A DNA stretch of 64,000 nucleotides from an uncultured Candidatus Rokubacteria bacterium (lineage in GTDB: Bacteria > Methylomirabilota > Methylomirabilia > Rokubacteriales > DASRDR01), in the NCBI GenBank assembly GCA_963805625.1, contig CAWDVE010000013.1, forward strand, positions 288,001 through 352,000. The letters are read 5' to 3'. Within the stretch, counting starts at the first letter, position 1. Each line of letters begins with the position of its first letter. The notes under the pieces are model-generated. The model did not search any database and was not told the origin of the DNA. It saw only the letters and a program-made list of their open reading frames with translations. Below are positions 32,363-40,877 of this stretch, piece after piece. The position numbers were made by a program, and so were the translations under genes.

Positions 32363-33553
32363 GTGTTGGTGACGTCGCGTTTTCCCTCGTGCGTTGTCAT
32401 CCTCGTGGCGGGCTTGCTGCTCTGCCGAGTCTCGGCGGCAGCGTCCGAGCCCGTGTTCAGCTCGACGCAGGATCCGGTCGCGGGTTCCCGGATCTTCGGA
32501 GAAAAGGGCTGCGCACGCTGCCACGCGATCAACGGTGTCGGTGGTAAAGTCGGTCCGGATCTCGGGAGACTGCCCCGCGCCCGATCGTTCTACGATCTGG
32601 CCGCCGCCATGTGGAACCACCTGCCGCGCATGGCCGAACGCATGCGCCAGCTCGGGATTCCCCGCCCCCGCTTGGACGCCCGTGAAACCGGTGATCTGGT
32701 CGCGTTCCTGTACACGCTCAACTACTTCGATCCGCCCGGTAATCCCGGGGCCGGGCAGCGGCTCTTCACCGAGAAGAAGTGTGTGGTCTGCCACCAGGTA
32801 GGCGGGACCGGAGGGGTGATCGGGCCGAATCTCGACGCGCTGGGACAGTACGGGTCCCCGATCTTCGTCGCCGCGGCCATGTGGAATCACGGCCCGGGCA
32901 TGGCCGAGGCGATGCGCGCCAAGGGCGTCGCACGGCCCACGTTCAGAGATCGCGAGCTCGTCGACCTGATCGCGTACATCCGGTCCGCCGGCCCGAAAAC
33001 CGGTGACGAGCCGCTCTACGTCCTGCCGGGCCGAGCCGAGACGGGCCGACGGCTGTTCACCGAGCAGCGCTGCGCCGACTGCCACGGCCCCGCCGGAAAG
33101 GGTGGCGGGATCGGGCCGGACCTGGCGGGGCGTGGCGTGCAGCGCAGCCTCACGGAGTTCGCAACCTCCATGTGGAACAAGGCGCCGGCCATGACAGAGG
33201 CCATGCGCGCGCGGGGTATCCCCGTCCCGCAACTCTCCGCCGAGGGGATGGCCGACATCGTCGCCTACCTCTACGCGGTCGGATACTTCGCGGTCCCCGG
33301 CGATATCCAGCGAGGAGCCCGGATCGCGCGGGACAAAGGGTGCCTCCAGTGCCACACGGTCCGGGCACCGGGAGGGACGGCGCCCACCGATCTCGCGCGC
33401 GCCGCAGGGCTGGAGTCTCCGGCAGCGGTCGTCGCAGCGCTCTGGAACCACAGCTTCGCGGGGGCAGGGCGACCCGGGGCCTGGCCGGAACTCCGTCCGG
33501 CGGAGGTGGCGGACCTGGAGGCTTACCTCCGGAGTCTGGGAGGGACGCGCTAG
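32363..33553 (+). CDS. tetraheme c-type cytochrome, paralog of 29630-30838
   Basis: CARCH, CVVCH, CADCH, CLQCH with WNH/WNK motifs. Confidence 0.9.
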   Translation: MLVTSRFPSCVVILVAGLLLCRVSAAASEPVFSSTQDPVAGSRIFGEKGCARCHAINGVGGKVGPDLGRLPRARSFYDLAAAMWNHLPRMAERMRQLGIPRPRLDARETGDLVAFLYTLNYFDPPGNPGAGQRLFTEKKCVVCHQVGGTGGVIGPNLDALGQYGSPIFVAAAMWNHGPGMAEAMRAKGVARPTFRDRELVDLIAYIRSAGPKTGDEPLYVLPGRAETGRRLFTEQRCADCHGPAGKGGGIGPDLAGRGVQRSLTEFATSMWNKAPAMTEAMRARGIPVPQLSAEGMADIVAYLYAVGYFAVPGDIQRGARIARDKGCLQCHTVRAPGGTAPTDLARAAGLESPAAVVAALWNHSFAGAGRPGAWPELRPAEVADLEAYLRSLGGTR

Positions 33554-34896
33554 TGCCGCGGCGGCGGTGGCTCCCCCGGCAGATGGTGCCCTGCGCCCTC
33601 ATCTTGGCTGGTATCGGGGCCGCGTCGTTCCAGGCGGTGGCCCAGCAGCCCTCGACGGGCCCGCCGGGTGGAATCGCGCCGGTGGCAGAGAGCTGCGTCA
33701 CCTGCCACCTCGAGATCGGGGACGAGCGCCTGGCGGCGCCCGTCAAGGCGTTCCCGAAGGACATTCATGCCGCCAAGGGCTTCGGGTGCACGGCTTGCCA
33801 CGGAGGCGATCCCAAGGAAACCGGCATGGAGGCGATGGATCCCGCCAAGGGCTACATCGGCAAGCCAGGCCGACGGGAGATCCTCCAAGTCTGTGGCCGC
33901 TGTCACTCGGATGCCCGGTTCATGAAGCGCTACAATCCGAGTCTGCGCGTGGACCAGGTCTCCGAGTACTTCACCTCCGTGCACGGAAGACGGCTCCGGG
34001 AAAGCGGTGACGCCAAGGTCGCCGTCTGCACCAGCTGCCATCCCGCCCACTCGATCGCCCCCCCTTCGGATCCGCAGTCCAGCGTGCATCCGCTCCGCGT
34101 CGCAGAGACCTGTGGGCGCTGCCACGCGGACCCCGCGCACATGGCCGGCTACAAGATCCCGACCGATCAGCTGCAGAAGTACAAGGGCAGCATCCACTGG
34201 GCCACGATGTCCCAGAAGGGCGACCTCTCCGCCCCGACCTGCAACGACTGTCACGGGAACCACGGGGCCGCCCCGCCGGGCGTGTCCTGGGTCGGCAACG
34301 TGTGCGGCCAGTGCCACACGGTGATGGCGGAGCTCTTCGCCAAGAGCCCGCACGCGAAGGCCTTCACCCAGATGGGCGTGCCCGGCTGCGCCGGATGCCA
34401 CGAGAACCACGAGATCAAGGCCGCGAGCGATGCGATGCTGGGCATGGGCGACGGCGCCGTGTGCGCCGGGTGCCACGCCTCTGACGACAAGGGAGGATCG
34501 GCCGCAGTCCGGATGCGGGCGCTCATCGACGGCCTCGCGGCCGAGCATGGGCGGGCGCAGGCGATCCTGTCCCAGGCCGAGCACGCGGGGATGGAAGTGA
34601 GCCAGGCCCAGTTCGACCTCAACGGGGCGAAGGACGCGCTGGTCAAGGCGCGGGCTGCCGTCCATGCGTTCGCGCTGACCGCGGTGCAGAAGGAGGCGGA
34701 GGCCGGGGTGGCGGTGGCGACCAGGGCTCACGCCCGGGGCGTCCGAGCCCTCGAGGAGCTTCGCTTCCGCCGGGTTGGGCTGACCGTCTCCGTGGCGATC
34801 ATCGTGGCGCTGATCGCCGGCCTCGCCCTCAAGATCCGCGAACTGGATCGCCGCGCCGCGCGGCGGGAGTCGCAAGCGAAGGAGGACATGCGATGA
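33553..34896 (+). CDS. nine-heme cytochrome c with C-terminal membrane anchor
   Basis: 9 CxxCH, signal peptide, helical C-terminal region and TM VGLTVSVAIIVALIAGLAL; overlaps the Rieske start. Confidence 0.9.
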   Translation: MPRRRWLPRQMVPCALILAGIGAASFQAVAQQPSTGPPGGIAPVAESCVTCHLEIGDERLAAPVKAFPKDIHAAKGFGCTACHGGDPKETGMEAMDPAKGYIGKPGRREILQVCGRCHSDARFMKRYNPSLRVDQVSEYFTSVHGRRLRESGDAKVAVCTSCHPAHSIAPPSDPQSSVHPLRVAETCGRCHADPAHMAGYKIPTDQLQKYKGSIHWATMSQKGDLSAPTCNDCHGNHGAAPPGVSWVGNVCGQCHTVMAELFAKSPHAKAFTQMGVPGCAGCHENHEIKAASDAMLGMGDGAVCAGCHASDDKGGSAAVRMRALIDGLAAEHGRAQAILSQAEHAGMEVSQAQFDLNGAKDALVKARAAVHAFALTAVQKEAEAGVAVATRAHARGVRALEELRFRRVGLTVSVAIIVALIAGLALKIRELDRRAARRESQAKEDMR

Positions 34897-35348
34897 CGGA
34901 TGGGGTGCTGGCGGAGGAGCGGAACCGGCGGGGGTTCCTGAACTGGTTCCTGGGCACCAGCGCGGTGGGATTCGCGCTCTCCGTCCTTTATCCGCTGAGC
35001 CGCTACCTCGTTCCCCCGCCGACGGGGGAGTCCAGCGCCGTCAGCGTCACCCTGTCCATCAAGCCGGACGACGTGAAGCCGAACTCGGGGCAGATCTTCA
35101 AATTCGGGAGCCGGCCCGGCCTGCTCGTCCGGACGCCGGCCGGGGAGCTTCGGGCCTTCTCGGCCGTCTGCACCCATCTGAACTGCACCGTCCAGTACCG
35201 GCCGGACCTGAGCCACATCTGGTGCGCCTGTCACAACGGCCACTTCGACCTGAACGGCACGAACATCGCCGGGCCGCCGCCGCGTCCCCTGGAGCCGCTC
35301 GTCGTCAACGCTCGGGGAAACCAGATCGTCGTGACCAAGGGCGCCTGA
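34893..35348 (+). CDS. qcrA: Rieske 2Fe-2S subunit of Rieske/cytochrome b complex
   Basis: Tat motif RRGFL, CTHLNC, CACHNGHF, GPPPRPL. Confidence 0.93.
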   Translation: MTDGVLAEERNRRGFLNWFLGTSAVGFALSVLYPLSRYLVPPPTGESSAVSVTLSIKPDDVKPNSGQIFKFGSRPGLLVRTPAGELRAFSAVCTHLNCTVQYRPDLSHIWCACHNGHFDLNGTNIAGPPPRPLEPLVVNARGNQIVVTKGA

Positions 35349-35351
35349 GTC

Positions 35352-36449
35352 ATGGCGGCTCCTGGGACGACGCGCGGCCGGCTCTGGCACTGGCTCGACG
35401 CGCGTGTCGGGTTGGCCGACCTCGAGAAGCTCGCGAAGAAGAAAGCGGTGCCGCTGCACCGCCACGCGTTCTGGTACTACTTCGGCGGGATGACGCTCTT
35501 CCTTTTCATGGTCCAGGTTTCGACGGGAATTCTTCTCCTCCTCTACTATCGTCCCAGTGCCGAGGAGGCCTACGAATCCATTCAGTTCCTGATGGCCGAG
35601 GTGCAGTTCGGATGGCTCGTCCGCTCGATCCACGCGTGGGCCGCAAACCTGATGATCTTCGTCCTCTTCGTGCACCTCTTCAGCGTGCTGCTCCTCAAGG
35701 CCTATCGCGCACCGCGAGAGCTGACCTGGGTATCGGGCGTCGTCCTGATGGCGCTGGCGATGGCGTTCGGCTTCACCGGCTACCTCCTCCCCTGGAACGA
35801 ACTGGCCTACTTCGCGACCAAGGTCGGGACCGAGATCACGGGCGCGGTTCCTCTGGTCGGGGCGTTCCTGCTGCGGCTGCTGCGCGGAGGAAGCGAGGTC
35901 ACCGGAGCCACGCTGACGCGCTTCTACGGGATCCACGTGGCGATTCTTCCGGCCGTCACCATGCTGCTCCTCGGCCTGCACCTCTTCCTGGTGCAGAAGC
36001 ACGGGATGAGCGTGCCCCCGAGCATCGAGCGCGAGGGAAAGCCGGCCCGCACCATGCCCTTCATGCCGAACTTCCTGCTCCGCGATCTGGTGGGGTGGCT
36101 CTCGGTCCTGGCGGTTCTGGCGGCGCTCGCCGCCTTCTTCCCTGCCGAGCTGGGCAAGAAGGCCGATCCGTTCGCGTCGGCTCCGGCCGGAATCAAGCCC
36201 GAATGGTACTTCATGTTCATGTTCCAGACGCTCAAGTACCTGCCCGCCACCATCATGAAGATCGAGGGCGAGATCGTCGGGGTGCTCGGCTTCGGACTCG
36301 GCGGGCTGTTCCTCCTTCTCATCCCGTTCCTCGATCGGCGGGCTGATCGAGGAGACCGAACCAGGTTGTTCACGTGGATCGGGCTCGCGATCATCGCGTA
36401 CATGATCGTGCTGACCTATCTGGGCTACACGGCGAGCCCCACCAAGTGA
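35352..36449 (+). CDS. qcrB: cytochrome b (b6 plus subunit IV-like in one chain)
   Basis: Four heme His ligands, [13 protein letters not shown] motif. Confidence 0.93.
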   Translation: MAAPGTTRGRLWHWLDARVGLADLEKLAKKKAVPLHRHAFWYYFGGMTLFLFMVQVSTGILLLLYYRPSAEEAYESIQFLMAEVQFGWLVRSIHAWAANLMIFVLFVHLFSVLLLKAYRAPRELTWVSGVVLMALAMAFGFTGYLLPWNELAYFATKVGTEITGAVPLVGAFLLRLLRGGSEVTGATLTRFYGIHVAILPAVTMLLLGLHLFLVQKHGMSVPPSIEREGKPARTMPFMPNFLLRDLVGWLSVLAVLAALAAFFPAELGKKADPFASAPAGIKPEWYFMFMFQTLKYLPATIMKIEGEIVGVLGFGLGGLFLLLIPFLDRRADRGDRTRLFTWIGLAIIAYMIVLTYLGYTASPTK

Positions 36450-37075
36450 CCTGCCGGACGATCGTCCTGGGAACCGTGCTGGCGGGCGGCGCCGCTCTGG
36501 CACTCGTCTCCGGGGCGGGCGGCGCCTCATCGCCCGGGGACCCGACGCGGGGCCAGGCGGTCTTCGCCGCCAAGCAGTGCGGGAGCTGCCATCTTCCCGG
36601 CGCGCAGGGACCGGGTCTGGGCCCGGCCCTCGAGGTCCTGCGACGGCCGCAGGGCGCGTACGAGCTCTGCGGCCGGCTCTGGAACCACGCCCCAGCGATG
36701 CTCGCCCACCTGGCGGGACGCGGAATCGAGTGGCCGGTGATCGACGCGGCCGAGATGGAGGACCTGATGGCATATCTCGGCGCCGACCCGGCCCGAGACC
36801 CCACGCCGAACCTTCAGGTCGGTCAGGTGACGCTCCTCCGCAAAGGCTGCCTGAAATGCCACAGCCTGAGGGGCGAGGGAGCGCACCTCGCGCCCGAGTT
36901 AGCCCGCTCCCGAGTCGTCGCCGATCCCCCGGCCACATGGGCGGCGCGGATGTGGCGCCACACGCCAATGATGGCGACGAAGGCCCAGGAACTCGGTATT
37001 CTGTACCCAAGATTCGCCGCGCACGAGATGACGCATCTCATCGGCTTCCTGAGAAACATGGCGGCGTTACCCTGA
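36446..37075 (+). CDS. diheme c-type cytochrome
   Basis: GTGA overlap; CGSCH and CLKCH; LWNHAPAM and MWRHTPMM. Confidence 0.85.
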   Translation: MTCRTIVLGTVLAGGAALALVSGAGGASSPGDPTRGQAVFAAKQCGSCHLPGAQGPGLGPALEVLRRPQGAYELCGRLWNHAPAMLAHLAGRGIEWPVIDAAEMEDLMAYLGADPARDPTPNLQVGQVTLLRKGCLKCHSLRGEGAHLAPELARSRVVADPPATWAARMWRHTPMMATKAQELGILYPRFAAHEMTHLIGFLRNMAALP

Positions 37076-37091
37076 GGGGAGGAGCGAAGCG

Positions 37092-37460
37092 ATGTCACAG
37101 TACCGATCCAGTGGTCTGACCCTCGTCGGCGGTCTCTTGCTGGCTGGGTCGCTCGTCGTGCTGGCCGATGCCCAGGTGAAGGCCCCGCCAGACTTCACGT
37201 TCGAGCAAGGAAAGGAGAGTCCCGGGACCGTCAGCTTCAGCCACGACAAGCACAAGGAGTCCGGCGTAGACAAGTGTCAGGCCTGCCACACCAAGATCTT
37301 CAAGATGAAGAAGGGCACGTCCGGGCCCCTCGTGATGGAGAAGATGAAGGCTGGCGAGCAGTGCGGCACCTGCCACAACGCCACGGCAAAGGTGGCCGAC
37401 AAAGTCGTGTTCGGGGTCTCGGACAAGGAGAACTGTGCGAGGTGCCACAAGAAGTCATAG
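37092..37460 (+). CDS. c7-type triheme periplasmic cytochrome
   Basis: Signal peptide, VSFSHDKH, CQACH, CGTCH, CARCH. Confidence 0.9.
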   Translation: MSQYRSSGLTLVGGLLLAGSLVVLADAQVKAPPDFTFEQGKESPGTVSFSHDKHKESGVDKCQACHTKIFKMKKGTSGPLVMEKMKAGEQCGTCHNATAKVADKVVFGVSDKENCARCHKKS

Positions 37461-37493
37461 CGGCGGAAGTCCGTGCACCATGCCCACCCTCCT

Positions 37494-37524
37494 CCGATCG
37501 CCCCGCCGGTGGCGGGGCGATCGG
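37494..37524 (+). terminator. intergenic hairpin
   Basis: 14-bp perfect stem CCGATCGCCCCGCC-GGT-GGCGGGGCGATCGG. Confidence 0.45.
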
Positions 37525-37694
37525 CTCGGCGGCGACGCCACCCCGGTGGTGCCGGAATTTCAGCCGTCCCCCGCGGACAACCGGGTGAGCCCGGGCTATC
37601 GGGATCTTGACGTGCCGGCCACCTGGGACCGCTGGCTCCGACCCCGGAGGCGCCTGCCATCGGGACGGGCCCGACCCGCCAAGAGACACGGCTA

Positions 37695-38627
37695 GTGTCC
37701 GAGACCGTCGCGGCTAACCCGCCGAGCCGGCGTCGCGGGCGCCGCGTGCACGTGGTCCTCATCGTGACCGTCCTCGCGCTGCTGGCGGGAGGCGTCGCCC
37801 TCACCGGGCTCTGGGAGTTCAGCTCGAGCCCCATGTTCTGCAACTCGTGCCACATCATGAAGCCCTACGTGAGCGCCTGGCAGACCTCGAAGCACAACCA
37901 AGTCGCCTGCGTCCAATGCCACTATCCGCCGGGCTTCCGTGACACGATCTGGGTCAAGTACCAAGCGCTCACCCAGGTGGTGAAGTGGGCGACCCACACG
38001 TACAGCTCGAAGCCGTTCGCCGAGGTCGAGAACGGGAGCTGCCTCCGCTCGGGCTGCCACTCGGAGCAGGCTCTCCAAGAAAAGGTCACGTACAAGCACG
38101 GCATCGCCTTCCAGCACACGCCACATCTCACCCAGGGGCGGCGCGGCCTCCAGCTCCGCTGCACGAGCTGTCATACGCAGATGGTGGTGGAGCGGCACAT
38201 CGACATCGCCGATACGACGTGCTTCCTGTGCCACTTCAAGGGCACGAAGGCAGCCCGCGAACTCACCCCGTTCGCCGGCTGTACCGGATGCCATCAGCCG
38301 CCGAAGGGAGACATCCGGATCGGCTCGCTGCGCTTCAACCACGAGGAGGTGCAGCGGCGTGGTGTGGCCTGCCAGAAGTGTCACCTGACCGTGGTGCAAG
38401 GGGACGGGGTGGCCCCCCGGGAACGCTGCTACACCTGTCACAACCAGCCCGAGAAGATCGGGAAGTACGCCGACACCGCGGTGGTCCACCACGTCCACGT
38501 GACGACCCACAACATCGAGTGCACACGGTGCCACACGGAGATCACGCACCGGCTACCGCCTCCCATAGGCCTCCCAGGGGTAGCCGACGGTGGCACGAAC
38601 CGCCTCGAAACGCTGGTGAGTCGATGA
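37695..38627 (+). CDS. NapC/NirT/NrfH-like membrane-anchored multiheme cytochrome (8 CxxCH + CX4CH)
   Basis: N-terminal TM, SSSPMFCNSCHIM (CxxCHxM), CLRSGCH. Confidence 0.88.
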   Translation: MSETVAANPPSRRRGRRVHVVLIVTVLALLAGGVALTGLWEFSSSPMFCNSCHIMKPYVSAWQTSKHNQVACVQCHYPPGFRDTIWVKYQALTQVVKWATHTYSSKPFAEVENGSCLRSGCHSEQALQEKVTYKHGIAFQHTPHLTQGRRGLQLRCTSCHTQMVVERHIDIADTTCFLCHFKGTKAARELTPFAGCTGCHQPPKGDIRIGSLRFNHEEVQRRGVACQKCHLTVVQGDGVAPRERCYTCHNQPEKIGKYADTAVVHHVHVTTHNIECTRCHTEITHRLPPPIGLPGVADGGTNRLETLVSR

Positions 38628-39967
38628 GGCGGCTGCTCGTGGCTGTCCTCGCGCTGGGACTCGCAGGGACGGCGCCGACCGGCGGCCTGCGCCCCGCCGT
38701 AGCCCAGGCGCCACCGGCCAAGTCGCCGATGGAGCGCCCGGAGGTGCGGCCACCAGAGCGCCCGCACGGACCGGGAGAGTTGGACTGCCTGTCCTGTCAC
38801 CAGGGCAAGCACCGCGGCGTGCTGAGCATGTACCTGGGGATGGGCGGGCGCGGCACCCCCATGATCCCGAGCCACATGGTCCAGGTCAGGGTAGAGTGCG
38901 TGGCCTGCCACACGGTGCCCAAGGAAGAGGCGACACAGTCGAGCATCGTCGGCCAGACGTTCAGGCCAAGCGAGCGGGCCTGCGTCGACTGTCACGGGGA
39001 GGCATACCGAGGGATGCTCGGACGGTGGAGCACCATCCTGGCCCGAATGCGGGACATCGTGGGGCCCAAGCTATCGACCGCGCGGGAGACGCTCACCGCG
39101 GCGGATCCCAAGCACGCCAGGCTCGCGCGGGCCCGACAGCTCGTGGACGATGCCGAGTTCAACCTTCGCTTCGTCGCGCTCGCCAAGGGAGTGCATAACG
39201 TCTTCTACGCCGCGGACCTCCTGAAGCTTGCCAACGGCTGGGCCGACGAGGCAGCGACCCTGGTGGGAAAGCCGCTGCCGAAGGGCGACGACCTTCTGGT
39301 GCGCGGCGGCTACTGTGCGGTGCTGTGCCATGAGCAGGCGGGCGTCAAGCCCAAGGCGACGGTGACCTTCAGAGGGCAGCAGCTGCCGCATGACCGCCAC
39401 GTGAACGAGCTTGGCGCCACTTGCACCTCGTGCCACTCGGCCGAGACCCACCGGGCCGTGACAGCGACTCCCGCGACGTGCGCCGGCTGTCACCACGCGC
39501 CCGCGAACGAGCGGTGCGAGTCCTGCCACCGGGCCCAGGCTGCGCTCTTCCGCGGACAGGTGCAGGACGCGCCGCTACAGATCGAGCCGGATGTGATGGC
39601 GGCCGCCGTGACCTGCACGGGCTGTCACGACTGGAGCCGGAAGCATTCCCGGCAAGCCGTCGGAGACAAGTGCGTGGAGTGCCATGAGGCATCGTACCGG
39701 GCGCGGCTCGCCGAGTGGACGACCGGCTTCGATCGTGGCACCGCCGACGCGGCGGCCACGCTGCGGCGTGCGGAGTCCGCGCTGGCCGTTGCGCGCCGGG
39801 CCGGCCATCGCTCCGCGGAGGGGGAACGTCTCGTCAAGGAGGCGCAGCAAGCCCTGGCCCTCGTGCGGCGGGCGCGGCCCGTCCACAATGCGCTCGCCGC
39901 CGACGCACTGCTTGACGTGGTGCGGCAGAAGGCCGAGGCGGCCAGGGCGGAGGCCGCCCGCCGCTGA
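38624..39967 (+). CDS. multiheme cytochrome c (8 CxxCH + CX3CH)
   Basis: Signal peptide, two heme clusters each followed by a helical segment ending in GVHN/PVHN; CAVLCH. Confidence 0.88.
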   Translation: MRRLLVAVLALGLAGTAPTGGLRPAVAQAPPAKSPMERPEVRPPERPHGPGELDCLSCHQGKHRGVLSMYLGMGGRGTPMIPSHMVQVRVECVACHTVPKEEATQSSIVGQTFRPSERACVDCHGEAYRGMLGRWSTILARMRDIVGPKLSTARETLTAADPKHARLARARQLVDDAEFNLRFVALAKGVHNVFYAADLLKLANGWADEAATLVGKPLPKGDDLLVRGGYCAVLCHEQAGVKPKATVTFRGQQLPHDRHVNELGATCTSCHSAETHRAVTATPATCAGCHHAPANERCESCHRAQAALFRGQVQDAPLQIEPDVMAAAVTCTGCHDWSRKHSRQAVGDKCVECHEASYRARLAEWTTGFDRGTADAAATLRRAESALAVARRAGHRSAEGERLVKEAQQALALVRRARPVHNALAADALLDVVRQKAEAARAEAARR

Positions 39968-39989
39968 TGGGCAAGGAGACGGCCCAGAC

Positions 39990-40826
39990 ATGACCCGCGG
40001 TTGGCGGCCGCCTCCGCCCGACCCCGTCCGCCCAGACTGGCTCGTCGCCGGCCTGGCGGCCGTCGGCGTGATCCTGGCCGGCTACCTCACTTGGACGAAA
40101 GCAACGGGCGGGAGCGCTCTCTTCTGCACCGCGGCGGCCGGCTGCGAGGTTGTCCAGGCAAGCCGATACGCGATGCTCCTCGGGATCCCGACGGCGGCGT
40201 GGGGCGCCGCCCTCTACACCGTCGTCGGGGGGCTCGCCCTGGCCGGGCTCACGGCACGTCGTTGGCTGATCGCTTTCCTGCTGGTCGCCGGCGGCATGGG
40301 GTTTGCGGGCTACCTCACCTACCTTGAGCTGTTCGTGATCGCGGCCGTCTGCTGGTACTGCGTGGCCTCGGCGGCGATCACGCTCGCACTCCTCGGATCC
40401 TTGCTCGGCCGATGGCCGCGAGGGCGGCGACGAACCGGGGCCGCCCGTCTGGTCACGCTGGGGGCGGGCGCCGCCGTGGTCGCGGTCGTAGTCGGCCTTT
40501 CGGTGCACGCGCTGACCGCGCCCGGCGGCGCCTACGCCTACCAGGAGGCGCTCGCCCGCCATCTGGCGCAGAGCGGTGCCGTGATGTACGGGGCGTTCTG
40601 GTGACCCGCGTGCAAAGAGCAAAAGGCCCGGTTCGGGCCCGCGGCTGACCTTCTTCCGTACGTCGAGTGCGACCCGCGCGCGCCGAGCGCACAGCCCGAG
40701 CGCTGCAAGCGGGTCGACGTTCGCGGCTACCCGACCTGGGTCCTCAGCGGGCTTCGACACGAGGGCGCGATGACACTCGACGAGCTCGCCCGAGCCTCCG
40801 GATTCGTGTGGCGGGCGCCGGGGTAG
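39990..40826 (+). CDS. vitamin K epoxide reductase-thioredoxin fusion, predicted selenoprotein (UGA 40602-40604 = Sec, UPAC)
   Basis: AAGGAG RBS; VKOR loop Cys pair and CWYC; MYGAFW-UGA-PACKEQKARFG...LPYVECD...C..VRGYPTW continues in frame to TAG 40826. Confidence 0.88.
40605..40644 (+). promoter_or_regulatory. putative bacterial SECIS element
   Basis: GGCCCG-GTT-CGGGCC hairpin with G-led loop 26 nt after UGA; lower pairing CCGCG/CGCGG. Confidence 0.7.
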
Positions 40827-40877
40827 GACCCTGCTGGACACCGGGACGGCTCCTCGTGGGCAGTTCGTCCTCCAGTG

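Noticed and set aside
38624-39967. NrfA/HAO-type catalytic cytochrome
   Set aside because: No CxxCK motif, and heme spacing does not match NrfA or HAO
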